The notes under the pieces are model-generated. The model had not been told where the DNA came from, did no database searches, and saw only the letters and a list, made by a program, of their open reading frames with translations. Shown here in pieces: positions 9,629-20,351 of a stretch of 64,000 nt of DNA. Made by a program: the position numbers and the translations under genes. How positions within the stretch are numbered: the stretch's first letter is position 1; each line of letters begins with the position of its first letter. Source of the DNA: an uncultured bacterium (GTDB lineage Bacteria > Chloroflexota > UBA5177 > JANWHV01); NCBI GenBank assembly GCA_963729625.1, contig CAVSOU010000009.1, positions 88,581 to 152,580 of the forward strand. The letters run 5' to 3'.

Positions 9629-11488
9629 ATGGAGAGTTTTCCGCAGGGTCCGCAGGTAAAGGATGGGTCCGAACCCGACTTCACGGTCCTGAAGTCGGGT
9701 CCTGACGCTGCTCTGGCGGCTGATGCGCAGCGCCGAGCCGACCACTACTTGCTGCTGAGCGATGCCGGCCGTGAGTTGATGGCGCTGCGCACCGTGCCCG
9801 AGGTGTGTGATGCGCTCTACGCCCAGACGAAACGGTTGGTCGATTGTTCGGTGTTCTACATTGGCCTACACGCCCAGGAGCGACATGCAGTCGACATCGT
9901 GCTGAAGATGGATGCCGGAATCGCCTATCCCCTGAGCGCTGTCCGCGCGGTGGAGACGCAAATCTGGAGGGCAATCACCACCAAGCAGCCGATTGTGCGG
10001 CACGTGGAAGCCGTCGAGCAGCCCTCCCCGGTCGGTAATAGCGCACCACGACTTCGTTCAGCATTGTTTGTGCCCATGGTCAGTGGGGATCGCGTGGTTG
10101 GCGTGGTTGCAGCGCACAGCTTCCGCGAGCGCGCCTACGATCAGGAAGACACCCTCGTGATGCAGGCGTTCGCCAAGCAGGCAGCCGTAGCAATCGATAA
10201 CGCCCGCTTGTTTGAGCAGGCCCGCTCGTGGGCGTCGCGGCTGGAAGCGATTCAACAGGTTGGCGCCGACCTGCAGCAGTGTGGCACGGCGAGCGAGATC
10301 GGCGCGGCGGCCGCGCGGGCGATGCAAGCGCTGATCCCGCTTGACACCTACCGCATCATGCTCGTCGAAGATGACTCGCAAGATCTGCTGACGCTGACCT
10401 CTGGCTCGACAGCTGGGCCAGACGATGGCGTGCAGGCTGGCGACCTTCGCGTGCCCAAAGGAGAAGGCCCTTTCGGGCTTTGCGCTTCGCAAGGCGATGT
10501 CGTGCTGATCAACGACGCCACGGTTGAATCGGCGAGCCAAGCGGCTTCCTCTGCCCCCCCAGCCGCGCAATCGATCCTCGCAGTGCCGTTGCGCCATCAC
10601 AAGGCCGTATTTGGCGTTGTGGGCGTGACCGCACAAGGCCACGACCGGTATCGCGCGGAGCACGGACGTTTGTTACAGCTTGTCGCCGACCATGTGGCGT
10701 CGGCCGTCTTCACCACGCTGGTAATCGAGCGGACGAACCACCGACTTGATCGGTTCAACGAGCTCGACCAAATGCACACGGAGTTCATGTCCGTGGTGCG
10801 CCACGAGCTTCGTACGCCGCTGACCAGCATTCTCGGATTCACCGAAATGCTGCTGCACTTTTGGGATCGATTGACCATCCTGCGCCAGAAGGAGATGGTA
10901 TCCACAATCCAGGTATCCACCAGTCGCTTGCAACGTCTCGTGGACGACCTGTTTTCGAGTTCGCGTCTTGGCGACGCCGCCCTGTCGCTCACGCTCGAAT
11001 CGGTCGACTTGGCGGCCCAGATCAGACAGGCAATAGTGGAGATCACGACAACACATCGAGGACAGGTCGTCGTGCAAGAGGCGCCGCCCGAAGCACTGTC
11101 GGTGCGCGCAGACGCCCACAGGGTGCAGCAGGTGATCGTGAATTTGCTGGACAACGCGGCGAAGTACAGTCCCGAAGGAAGCCCGATCGCCGTTCGCTGG
11201 CGAGTCGCCGGCGATTTCGCGGAGGTCTCCGTCGAGGACTCAGGCCCGGGCATTGCCGACTCGGACATGGCAACGCTCTTCACCCGGTTTGGAAGGATAG
11301 AGCGGACGATACGACCGGGCCAATCCGGCACGGGCTTGGGTCTCTATATCTCACGCCAGCTCGTCGAGGCGATGGGCGGCGCCATCTGGGTGGACACGGA
11401 AGTCGGGCACGGCAGCACATTTTCATTCCGGTTGCCGCTTGCGCGCGAACTGCCGGATTCTCCTGCCACGGAACACGCGGCGCAATAA
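9629..11488 (+). CDS. Cytoplasmic GAF-GAF sensor histidine kinase
   Basis: HELRTPLT H-box, NLLDNAAKY, DSGPGI, GTGLGLYI boxes; two GAF-like segments; no TM helix. Confidence 0.93.
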   Translation: MESFPQGPQVKDGSEPDFTVLKSGPDAALAADAQRRADHYLLLSDAGRELMALRTVPEVCDALYAQTKRLVDCSVFYIGLHAQERHAVDIVLKMDAGIAYPLSAVRAVETQIWRAITTKQPIVRHVEAVEQPSPVGNSAPRLRSALFVPMVSGDRVVGVVAAHSFRERAYDQEDTLVMQAFAKQAAVAIDNARLFEQARSWASRLEAIQQVGADLQQCGTASEIGAAAARAMQALIPLDTYRIMLVEDDSQDLLTLTSGSTAGPDDGVQAGDLRVPKGEGPFGLCASQGDVVLINDATVESASQAASSAPPAAQSILAVPLRHHKAVFGVVGVTAQGHDRYRAEHGRLLQLVADHVASAVFTTLVIERTNHRLDRFNELDQMHTEFMSVVRHELRTPLTSILGFTEMLLHFWDRLTILRQKEMVSTIQVSTSRLQRLVDDLFSSSRLGDAALSLTLESVDLAAQIRQAIVEITTTHRGQVVVQEAPPEALSVRADAHRVQQVIVNLLDNAAKYSPEGSPIAVRWRVAGDFAEVSVEDSGPGIADSDMATLFTRFGRIERTIRPGQSGTGLGLYISRQLVEAMGGAIWVDTEVGHGSTFSFRLPLARELPDSPATEHAAQ

Positions 11489-11842
11489 GCCGTCCCTCGA
11501 GACTTGCCGGCGGGCGGATCCGTGACTGGTGTCGTCGAGCGCTGAGCGGTCCTCCGGAAGCAGCCAACGCCTCCCCGTGACACCGAAGAACTCCCTCCGA
11601 GCGCGGTGAAGACCTCGACCGTGAACTGGTAGGGGTGTGCGCAGACGGCCTGCTCCGGCCAACTCTCGCTTGCAGGGCACCGCTGCCGCGACAGTATGGC
11701 GCAGCGTCTGCCGAGGGACGGGCGTTGACTCGATGCTGCTGCCCTGGTTGCCGACTCGCAAGGACGTCCACGCCGCCTGCGACGGCTTGCGCCAGGCACC
11801 GCGACAACCGTAGGCTGAAGGTGCAAGCATGCGTGGTCCAGA

Positions 11843-11977
11843 ATTCGAGAGCACACCGTACCGGGGCTTCGCCGGGCCGGAGCCGACACCATCGTGATGG
11901 GATCGCTCGCCTTCAACGCGGAGAATCTCCGTGACCGCATGACTTGGGTTCATGCACTATGCAAGGAGGCAGCCTGA
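11843..11977 (+). pseudogene. 3' remnant of a ribulose-phosphate 3-epimerase-like gene
   Basis: Reads IREHTVPGLRRAGADTIVMGSLAF...WVHALCKEAA*; TGA overlaps ROK ATG; in-frame stop at 11816 with no start codon between; absent from ORF track. Confidence 0.7.
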
Positions 11978-12954
11978 TGGCGCGGGTGCTCACAATCGGC
12001 ATCGATCTCGGAGGCACTCAGGTGCGTGCGGGATTGGTGGAGCATGGCCGGGTTCTACGACGGGCTGCGACCGGCACGGATGTTCTCGGTGGCCCGACCG
12101 CCGTCATCGATCAGTTTAGGCAGCTTATAGAGCGAATCTGCGGTAAGAACGACCGAGAACCATTCGCCGGCATTGGAGTCGCGGCTCCCGGGCCGCTCGA
12201 CAGCGAGACCGGCACCGTCATCCACATCCCAACACTTCCGGGGTGGGAGAACCTCGCGCTGCGAGATATCCTCGCTGCTGAATTCGGTGTGCCGGTTGTC
12301 GTCGAGAACGACGGCATTGCCGCGGCATATGGGGAGTGGCAATTCGGGTCGGGGCAAGGCTTGCGGCATCTGGTCTATGTGACCGTCAGCACCGGGATCG
12401 GCGGAGGCATCGTTCTGGATGGCCGCCTATTGCACGGTCGCCGCGGCATGGCCGGTCACGTCGGGCATTTCAGGATGGCGGCTGATGGGCCTCGGTGTTC
12501 GTGCGGAGCAACCGCCTGTTTCGAAGCGCTGGCAGCCGGTGCCGCACTCGACCGCCGGGCCAGAAAGGCAGCGCGCGACAGCCCGGCCGGTTGGCTGGGG
12601 ACCCGGTCGGTCACGAAAACTATCGACGCTCGAGACGTGGCCGACGGCGCTCGACGTGGCGACCCAGCGTGCCTCGCCCTCATGCGAGAGGAGGCGAGCT
12701 ATCTTGGGGCGGGTTTCACCGGACTCATCCATCTCTACAGCCCGGAGCGTGTGATCATGGGTGGGGGGGTGTCACAAGCGTTTGATCTGCTGGAGCCTGA
12801 TATTCGAGCCGTGGTCCAGCGCGACGCATTGCCGCCTTTCAAGAATGTGCCAGTCGTTCGCGCTGGACTCGGCGACGACTGCGGCCTGGTCGGCGCCGCG
12901 GAGCTCGCCCTCGCGGCACATTCGAACAAGCAAAGGCCGATCGAGCAGTGTTAA
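11977..12954 (+). CDS. ROK family sugar kinase (glucokinase-like)
   Basis: GIDLGGT, END, STGIGGG, GHVGH, CSCGATACFE; AAGGAGG RBS; no N-terminal HTH. Confidence 0.92.
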   Translation: MARVLTIGIDLGGTQVRAGLVEHGRVLRRAATGTDVLGGPTAVIDQFRQLIERICGKNDREPFAGIGVAAPGPLDSETGTVIHIPTLPGWENLALRDILAAEFGVPVVVENDGIAAAYGEWQFGSGQGLRHLVYVTVSTGIGGGIVLDGRLLHGRRGMAGHVGHFRMAADGPRCSCGATACFEALAAGAALDRRARKAARDSPAGWLGTRSVTKTIDARDVADGARRGDPACLALMREEASYLGAGFTGLIHLYSPERVIMGGGVSQAFDLLEPDIRAVVQRDALPPFKNVPVVRAGLGDDCGLVGAAELALAAHSNKQRPIEQC

Positions 12955-12997
12955 CCATGGAACATGGCCGCATCGTCGCGGCAGTGAGGAGAGGGAG

Positions 12998-13765
12998 ATG
13001 GATGTACTCGCGTCCTTCGCATTGACGGATAAGGTGGCCATCGTCACGGGGGGCAACACCGGTCTCGGCGAGGCATTCGCGCACGCTCTGGCCGGGGTCG
13101 GGGCGCGCGTGGCCGTCGCGGCGCGCAACCCAGAGCATAACAACTTGGTCGTGCGGGCGATCGAAGCGGCTGGTGGCGCCGCCATCGCCGTGGCTGTGGA
13201 TGTACGTGAGCGGGCGAGCGTGGAGAGGATGCTGAACGAAGTCACGAATCAGCTCGGTCCCGTCGACGTGCTGGTGAACAACGCCGGTGTTTGCTATCAT
13301 CGCCCGGCACTCGACGTGCCCGATGAGGAGTGGCATGAGGTCTTCAACGTGAACGTGCACGGCCTGTGGCATTGCGCCCAGACCGTGGGCCGGCAGATGG
13401 TCGAGCGGCGAAGCGGGGTCATCGTCAATATCGGCTCGCTTTCTGCGCTCATCGTGAACCGGCCGCAAATGCAGCCAGCGTACAATGCCTCCAAGGCGGC
13501 GGTCCATCAGCTCACCAAGTCCTTGGCGGCAGAATGGGCGCCCTTCAACGTGCGCGTTAACGCGCTCGTCCCCGGCTACGTAAAGACGGGCATGGCGGCG
13601 GTCGATCGTCCGGAGTTCCGGCGCCACTGGATCGAGGACACGCCGATGCAACGCTATGCGTTGCCGGAAGAAATCGCGCCCTCGTTGATTTATCTCGCAT
13701 CCGATGCCTCGCGTTTCATGACCGGATCCGCGCTGATCATCGATGGTGGCTACACACTCTGGTAG
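12998..13765 (+). CDS. SDR polyol/ketose oxidoreductase
   Basis: TGGNTGLG, NNAG, NRPQMQPAYNASK. Confidence 0.92.
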   Translation: MDVLASFALTDKVAIVTGGNTGLGEAFAHALAGVGARVAVAARNPEHNNLVVRAIEAAGGAAIAVAVDVRERASVERMLNEVTNQLGPVDVLVNNAGVCYHRPALDVPDEEWHEVFNVNVHGLWHCAQTVGRQMVERRSGVIVNIGSLSALIVNRPQMQPAYNASKAAVHQLTKSLAAEWAPFNVRVNALVPGYVKTGMAAVDRPEFRRHWIEDTPMQRYALPEEIAPSLIYLASDASRFMTGSALIIDGGYTLW

Positions 13766-13895
13766 CGGTGCCGCTCACGGGCAGACACCTTGAAGCTCGA
13801 CGAGGCGTGATACTGATGCAGCAGCAGGTCGGCGACGGCGTGCGTCGTGCCACTGTTGCTGCCTGGTTCGCAGGTGCGGTAAGGAGTATTTCAGC

Positions 13896-15125
13896 ATGTC
13901 CAGGCAACTTCGCGTCGGCATTGTTGGGTGTGGGCGGATCCTGAATGCTCACTTGAACGGATACAAGGCGCTGCTCGGTGCTGGCATCAGCGACGTGATC
14001 ATCACGGACCTGTGCTCTCGCCAGGAGGAAGATGCCTACAGATTCGTCGCTCCGGGCGGGCCACCGCCGCTTCCACGCGGGAGTGCGGATGATGGTGACC
14101 CATTGAATGCGCCGCAAGTCTACCTCAACCACCTCTTTCCCGATCAGCATGTTCGAGTGTGGACGGACGCCGCACGCATGATCGACGAGGCCGATATCGA
14201 TGTGGTGGATATCACCACCTCAGTGCTGGCCCACAGTTCGATAGCGACCCACGCCGCATCGCGCGCCAAGCACGTGATGGTGGAGAAGCCTATGGCCGCG
14301 TCGGTTGCCGCCGCACACGACATGGTCGAGCAGGCAGCCAGGGCCGGCACCGTGTTGGCAGTGATGGAGAACGTGCGCTATGAAGCTCAGGTGCTCTTGG
14401 GACATTGGTTGGTCGAGCGTGGCTACCTGGGCCGCGTGGAGATGGCGGCAGCCGCATACCTGGGCAGCTGGTGGAGTCCCGATGCAATCGTGGCGCATAC
14501 AGCTTGGCGCCATCGCCGTGCGGAGGCTGGAGCCGGGATCAGCTTCGATCTCGGTGTTCATTTCTTCCAGCAACTGCGCTGGGTGTGCGGTCCCATCGCA
14601 CGCGTCTACGGGACTGTCCGGACATTCGAGCCCGTACGCTACCGGCGGAGCGATGACGGGTCTGTGGTACAGCGCGTCGATGCGGACGCCGACGACACGA
14701 TGTTTTGCCAAGTCGAGTTCGAGAACGGCGCCGTCGGGCACGTGAGCGCCTCCTGGGCGGCCCATGGCGTCGCGACCGAACTACCCGGCGGCTTCGCCGT
14801 GTACGGCAGCAAAGGCTGCCTGCGCGGCGAAGAGCTCTATCTGGACGGTCAGGGAGTGATCGCCCTCGCCGACTTCTTTGCCACGCATGCGAGCGACGCG
14901 GAGAAGGCTGCTCTTTTCCCTTTCGGTATGCACGATTCCTTCGCCTTGGCGTATCTGGACTTCTTTCGTGCGATTCGAGAGGGGAAGACGCCGCCCTACG
15001 ACGGGGTCGAGGGACTTACGGACCTCGCCTGGGCCGCGGCGGTACTGGCCTCGTCGCTTGAGCGCGTGCCAATGACTGCGCAGGAACTGATTCGCCGCCG
15101 ATCAGACTTTGCCGCCGGGCTTTGA
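13896..15125 (+). CDS. Gfo/Idh/MocA family oxidoreductase
   Basis: GIVGCGRI, VEKP, DLGVH. Confidence 0.9.
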   Translation: MSRQLRVGIVGCGRILNAHLNGYKALLGAGISDVIITDLCSRQEEDAYRFVAPGGPPPLPRGSADDGDPLNAPQVYLNHLFPDQHVRVWTDAARMIDEADIDVVDITTSVLAHSSIATHAASRAKHVMVEKPMAASVAAAHDMVEQAARAGTVLAVMENVRYEAQVLLGHWLVERGYLGRVEMAAAAYLGSWWSPDAIVAHTAWRHRRAEAGAGISFDLGVHFFQQLRWVCGPIARVYGTVRTFEPVRYRRSDDGSVVQRVDADADDTMFCQVEFENGAVGHVSASWAAHGVATELPGGFAVYGSKGCLRGEELYLDGQGVIALADFFATHASDAEKAALFPFGMHDSFALAYLDFFRAIREGKTPPYDGVEGLTDLAWAAAVLASSLERVPMTAQELIRRRSDFAAGL

Positions 15126-15517
15126 TCCCGCCGGCACGGAGCCTTTCTTCGGTGCCTGTTTCCCGGAATCGACGCGCGCGAAGCCATCCAGGGCGGTCGC
15201 GGAGCCCGGCAGAGACCGCTCCAGACGTCGCCAGAGCTGGAGCGGCTGCACATCACGTGGACCGTCAGGGCGCGATCGTCAAGCCACCACGTGCTCTCGA
15301 CACTCCAGTCCGGCTCCTCCGCGACCGTGTGGGCCAGTGCCTCGGCCTTCGGCAGCAGGCTGCCAGGGAAGACGTCGCCTGCACTGAGCCGGCGGGCCGA
15401 GAACTCCTGCTCGTGAATGAGGAAGCCGCGCAGCCAAGACCACACTTCTTGGTCGCCCGCCTGAAACCGGGCCGCCGCGGCTTCCACGTCGAGGCGCTCG
15501 TCAGGTGGGTCCAGCAT
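15101..15517 (-). CDS. Possible hypothetical protein (3' end uncertain, possible frameshift near 15210)
   Basis: Protein-like stretch MLDPPDERLDVEAAAARF...DVWS within ORF 14996..15769; no family recognised. Confidence 0.3.
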
Positions 15518-16050
15518 GGCGCGGTTGTCGTCGTGATCCCCCTTCGCATGGGGCTCGATGCGGCCTGCAACAGTCATCGGATTCTTCGGCCAGCATTGGT
15601 GCCTCCCGTACTTGAGCCGTGCCCTCACGATGCCAGTGAGCCGCGGCCGCGGCTGCATGGAGGCGGTCGCCACTGGAGCGGTCAGGAACAGGGGTGCCGA
15701 CCGCAGGGCAGCGCGCGGGTCGCGAGGCTCCGGTCGAGGACCGACCAGCCGAGGAGTGGGCGCCGCCATCGGGCTCCTCCTTCCCGCCGCTCAAGGGATT
15801 GCGGCGGGGCGGGCCCCATCAGCAATGTGCCCGAAGTCAACACGTCAGGCACCTCCGCACCTCACCGTATACCGCGACCGCGATAACATCAATTGCCAGA
15901 CGGCACCCGATATGACGCCAAGCGTCATGATGTGCGATGAGCGGCCCGATGTTCCATGCTCAGTCTCCGACGATGGCCTTCATCAGGGCAGCTTCTTCGG
16001 CGTCGCGGTCGGCAACCGAAATGGGCATGGCCAGAATATATCCCTGCGGC

Positions 16051-16263
16051 CTACTGGATGAGGTTGGCAACCCTGTCTCGCTGATCCGGAAAGAGGTCCG
16101 CAGGGACCGCTTCGGCTCCCTTGGCTATGAGCATTATCCGGCGCGCGCACAGCCGAAAGATGCCTCGGCAATACTCTCTCTTGATCAATTCACTGGTGCC
16201 GGGCATGTTGGCAAGGCGATCGGAAAAGAACGGACACGCCGACAGCCTGTCGCATTCCTGCAT
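16051..16263 (-). CDS. Small four-cysteine protein (70 aa), putative metal binding
   Basis: MQECDRLSACPFF...EYCRGIFRLCAR...VPADLFPDQ; AAGGA upstream of ATG 16263. Confidence 0.7.
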   Translation of the reverse strand: MQECDRLSACPFFSDRLANMPGTSELIKREYCRGIFRLCARRIMLIAKGAEAVPADLFPDQRDRVANLIQ

Positions 16264-16667
16264 CAACTCGTCCTTCATGCGTTGGCAGGCGATAAGCTCG
16301 CGCCTCGCCCTGCCCAGCCCAACGGCAAATCTGGGCGCGCGTCTTCGCGGGCCGTCGCCAGCTGACCCATCTCGAGGCATTCTATCATCTCACCTGACCA
16401 TGTGAAAGTACTGGCTCCCAGGCTTGCTATCCCACCATACGGTTATGACTGCCCGGCTCGAAAGGGCGACACGCCCGTCGTCCAGCAATACGATGTCTGG
16501 GCCGAAGGCGTTCGCGATATCGTCGTCCCGATCCGCTGGGAGGCAGCCTGGTTTTGCACTTTGAGCCCCAGTTGGTCATGCTTGACTGTAGCAGCCGCGG
16601 CGGCTACGTGGGCCTCAGCCCAGGTTGGCCGGCGCCGGCCAGGCTTGTTGTTCCAGAGGCAGGCAAA

Positions 16668-17057
16668 ATGCGCCGCAAGGGAATTCGCCTGAGCCCGCAA
16701 GATTTCGAGTCAGAGGTCGCGCGCGCGCTCGAAGACATACCGGAGCCGTTCGCGAAAATGCTGGATAACGTGGCGATCGTGGTCGAAGACGAGCCAGACG
16801 CGGAGACGCGCGCGGCACACGGGCCGATTCTCGGGCTCTATGAGGGAGTACCGTTGACCGCAGGCACCGAGGGATTCGAGCCGAGCATTCCACCGTGTAT
16901 CACGATCTTTCAACGCCCTCATGAGCGCGCCTGTCAAACGCTGACCGAGCTCCGCTCGGAGATTCGTGAGACCGTCCTGCACGAAGTAGCTCACCAATTC
17001 GGCATGGACGACAGCGATCTGGATGCCCTTGGGCCGCTGCGGCCTCAGCGTCGCTGA
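16668..17057 (+). CDS. Minimal zincin-like metallopeptidase family protein
   Basis: LGLYEGVP, ITIFQRP, HEVAHQFG (HExxH). Confidence 0.88.
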   Translation: MRRKGIRLSPQDFESEVARALEDIPEPFAKMLDNVAIVVEDEPDAETRAAHGPILGLYEGVPLTAGTEGFEPSIPPCITIFQRPHERACQTLTELRSEIRETVLHEVAHQFGMDDSDLDALGPLRPQRR

Positions 17058-17592
17058 GCCTGTCTCCGGAGTGCAGCGCGGCACTGCTATCGCCGCGCGG
17101 TTGGGCACCCCTCTCGAATCGTGTCAGCAGACGCGGCACACTGCCAATAGCGCTCTCCGGGAGCCCGGATGAAGGCCCTAGTGCCCGATGCGCGCGGACA
17201 TTCTTGGTGTGGCATGTGTCGGGCCCAGGCAAGGCAGAAGGATCGAGGGCTCTTCTTGCGCCTCGGTGCTACCATGTGCGAGACGGCGACGTCGCACCCG
17301 GCACGTACCCTGAGTCGCACAGGCTGCCGGCATCATACAGGGAGATGCAGATGGCCCGATTCGGATCAGGAGTGCTAAGCGGAGCGATCGGCGGAGCCGG
17401 TATGGCCATTTCACCCATGCGGAATGTCGCGCGGTGTGAGCTATCTGCGTTCGCGTCGCCGGGTCAAACGGCGGCTCGCTCCCTTCCAGGGCGAACCGGC
17501 CACTCGCGAGTGCGCCACGGCGCCGCGACGACGACCAAGGCGATCACGTCTATGGCTGGACCATATCGGTCATCTGCGACTCGCAGGTTCGG

Positions 17593-19062
17593 ATGATCGA
17601 TACTGTCCGAGCCCATGCGCGAGCCCGGCCCGTGAACAAGTGGGTGACCTTCGTGGTAGTGGCCATCTCTGTCTTCATGGCCACCCTGGATGGGTCAATT
17701 GTGAACATCGCGCTGCCGACGGTTGCGGCGTACTTTCACACCGGGATCTCAGGTGAGATCGAATGGGTAGTCATTGCATATCTGGTTGTAATCGCGGCGC
17801 TACTACTGTCGATCGGCCGGTTATCCGATGTCGTGGGCCGCAAGGCCATCCTGTTCTGCGGCGTGGCGATCTTCACGTGCGGCTCAGCCCTGTGCGGCGC
17901 GGCACAATCTCTGCCCATGCTGATCCTCTCGCGTGCCCTGCAGGGAATCGGCGCCGCGCAGATGATGGCGGTGACACCGGCTATCCTGACCGGGGCTTTC
18001 GCGCCTGCCGAGCGGGGCAGAGCGCTGGGTCTCAACGCGCTGGTCGTGGCCATGGGTACCAGTGTCGGACCCACCCTGGGAGGTGTCATCACCCAGCAAA
18101 CAAGCTGGCGATGGATCTTCTTCGTGAATCTGCCTGTCGGCGCGGTTGCTCTGCTCGGCATTGCGCTTCTCTTGCAGGACACTGTCGAGCGGCGCCCGCT
18201 GCGGCTCGACCTGGCCGGCACATTTGGCGTGGGCATCAGCTTGGCATCGTTGACGCTCGGGCTGTCGTTTGGACAGGAGTGGGGCTGGACATCAGCGCGA
18301 CTGGTTTGGACGCTTGGCGTCGCGCTCGTGGCGGTCGTGCTCACGGCGCTGCTTGAATCACGCGCGCCCGATCCGCTCATCGACGTGTCGCTGTTGCGCC
18401 GGCGGGTATTTGCCTCCGCTAACGCCAGCTTGGTTCTCAGCTTTCTGGCCCTTTTCGCGGTCTCGTTTGTCATGCCCTTCTATCTGGAGGAGTTGCGCGG
18501 GTACTCCGCCCAGGACGCAGGGTTTCTGCTGACGCCGCTGCCGCTCACGATTGCGGTCGTAGCGCCCTTTGCCGGCGCGCTTGCCGATCGCATCGGCACG
18601 CGCTGGCTCGCTGCAGGCGGCCTGACGATAGCGTGCTCGGGTTTGCTGCTCCTCGCCGAACTCTCAGCCACCGCCACGGCGTGGGATGTCGTGTGGCGGC
18701 TCGTCGTGATCGGCCTGGGCCAAGGCCTGTTCCAATCACCGAACAACAGCGCGCTCATGGGCGCCGCTCCGCGCCAACAACAGGGACTGGCGGCGGGCTT
18801 CATGGCTACAGGTCGGGTGGTGGGTCAGAGCATGAGCGTTGCCCTGGCCGGCGTCGTGCTGGGCGCGTACGGCAGTACCTCCGCCGGTGCGATGCTGGCG
18901 CGGCTGCGGGAGGTGCCGCCGAGCCCGCGTCAACTGGCGCCGCTGGAAAACACGTTTCTAACGGGCTTTCACGCGGCCTTTGTCGTCTGCGCCTGCGTGG
19001 CCGCGTGCGGGATCCTCACTTCGCTGGTTCGCGGCCAGGACCATCGCGCGGGAAAAGCCTGA
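17593..19062 (+). CDS. MFS drug:H+ antiporter, DHA2 (EmrB/QacA) family
   Basis: LDGSIVNIALP, GRLSDVVGRK, WRWIFFVNLPVG; many TM segments. Confidence 0.93.
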   Translation: MIDTVRAHARARPVNKWVTFVVVAISVFMATLDGSIVNIALPTVAAYFHTGISGEIEWVVIAYLVVIAALLLSIGRLSDVVGRKAILFCGVAIFTCGSALCGAAQSLPMLILSRALQGIGAAQMMAVTPAILTGAFAPAERGRALGLNALVVAMGTSVGPTLGGVITQQTSWRWIFFVNLPVGAVALLGIALLLQDTVERRPLRLDLAGTFGVGISLASLTLGLSFGQEWGWTSARLVWTLGVALVAVVLTALLESRAPDPLIDVSLLRRRVFASANASLVLSFLALFAVSFVMPFYLEELRGYSAQDAGFLLTPLPLTIAVVAPFAGALADRIGTRWLAAGGLTIACSGLLLLAELSATATAWDVVWRLVVIGLGQGLFQSPNNSALMGAAPRQQQGLAAGFMATGRVVGQSMSVALAGVVLGAYGSTSAGAMLARLREVPPSPRQLAPLENTFLTGFHAAFVVCACVAACGILTSLVRGQDHRAGKA

Positions 19063-19070
19063 GAGCGAGC

Positions 19071-20351
19071 CTACCGCCGCGACCGGCCCAAAGCCTGATC
19101 CAGGTCCTCGACGAGATCCCGGCGATCCTCAATGCCGACGCTGAGTCGAATCAGCCCGTCGGAGATGCCGGCGTTGGCCCGCGCGCGGGGCGTCATCGAC
19201 GCGTGGGTCATGCTGGCCGGATGCGAGACCAGGCTTTCTACTCCGCCGAGGCTTTCGGCAAGTGTAAACCAGCGCAACGAGCGGAGCACTGTGTCCACTG
19301 CCCTCCGCGATCCGTCCACCAGCTCAAAACTGACCATGGCGCCGAATCCTTGCTGTTGGCGCCTGGCAAGCGCGTGCTGTGGATGGCTCGGCAATCCAGG
19401 ATAGTTCACTTTCGCCACCGCGACATGGTTAGCGAGGTGTTCGGCGACTGCCTGCGCGTTGGTCTCGTGCGCGGCCATGCGCAGCGCCAGGGTCTTGATG
19501 CCCCGCAGGACGAGAAAGCAGTCGTGCGGGCTCTGGCAGGTTCCCATGAGGTTGTTCAGCGATGCGATGCGCTGCGCGAGCGCATCCCGGTCGGGACCGG
19601 CAACGACGACGCCCCCAATGACGTCGCTGTGACCATTCAAGTATTTTGTCGTACTGTGCACGACCAAGTCTGCGCCAAGATCAAACGGACGCTGCAGGAG
19701 CGGTCCGAGAAACGTGTTGTCCACGACCGCGAGGGCGCCTGCCTCCCGCGCCATGCGGGCCACCAGCGCGATATCCGTGAGCCGCAGGAGCGGATTGGAC
19801 GGCGTCTCAATCCAGACCATGCGCGTGTTCGGTTTGATCGCGCGCGCGACTGCATCCAGATCCATCAGGTCCAGATAGTCCACAGATAAGTTGTTGACCT
19901 GTCTTGCGTGCTCGAACGTCCGAAACGATCCGCCATAGCAGTCGATAGTGCACAGAATGTTGCTTCCGGCCTCCACCAGATTGAGTGCCAGCAGTACCGC
20001 GGCCATTCCGCTCGAGGTGCACGTTGCGCCCGAGCCCCCTTCGAGCCGATTGATGGCGTCTTCCAACCGCGCGCGCGTGGGATTCCCGCTTCTCGAGTAG
20101 TCAAAGCCGGCGTTCGTGCACAGGTCGCTAAAGGCAAAGGTCGAAGTCTGATAGATTGGCGGCGCGACACTGCCAAACGCGGGGTCGGGCAACGCTCCGA
20201 CGTGGACGCACTTCGTGCCGGGCTGTGCCGCGGACAGCAGGAGCGGCCGTTCGCCCCAGCCGGCCTCCACTTTGGTCCCGGGCGGCACCACGGAGAAATG
20301 ATATGCCGGGTTGCCCGGCACATTGGAATCGACGTGCGTATCCTCGTTCAT
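19071..20351 (-). CDS. Cystathionine gamma-synthase/lyase family PLP enzyme
   Basis: YSRSGNPTR, ETPSNP, DNTF, HSTTKYLNGHSD, AESLGGVES, RLSVGIE. Confidence 0.95.
   Translation of the reverse strand: MNEDTHVDSNVPGNPAYHFSVVPPGTKVEAGWGERPLLLSAAQPGTKCVHVGALPDPAFGSVAPPIYQTSTFAFSDLCTNAGFDYSRSGNPTRARLEDAINRLEGGSGATCTSSGMAAVLLALNLVEAGSNILCTIDCYGGSFRTFEHARQVNNLSVDYLDLMDLDAVARAIKPNTRMVWIETPSNPLLRLTDIALVARMAREAGALAVVDNTFLGPLLQRPFDLGADLVVHSTTKYLNGHSDVIGGVVVAGPDRDALAQRIASLNNLMGTCQSPHDCFLVLRGIKTLALRMAAHETNAQAVAEHLANHVAVAKVNYPGLPSHPQHALARRQQQGFGAMVSFELVDGSRRAVDTVLRSLRWFTLAESLGGVESLVSHPASMTHASMTPRARANAGISDGLIRLSVGIEDRRDLVEDLDQALGRSRR

Noticed and set aside
15837-16028. Possible TGA read-through (selenocysteine) ORF MPISVADRD...VGD*AWNIG on the minus strand
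   Set aside because: No redox motif, recognisable family or evident SECIS hairpin
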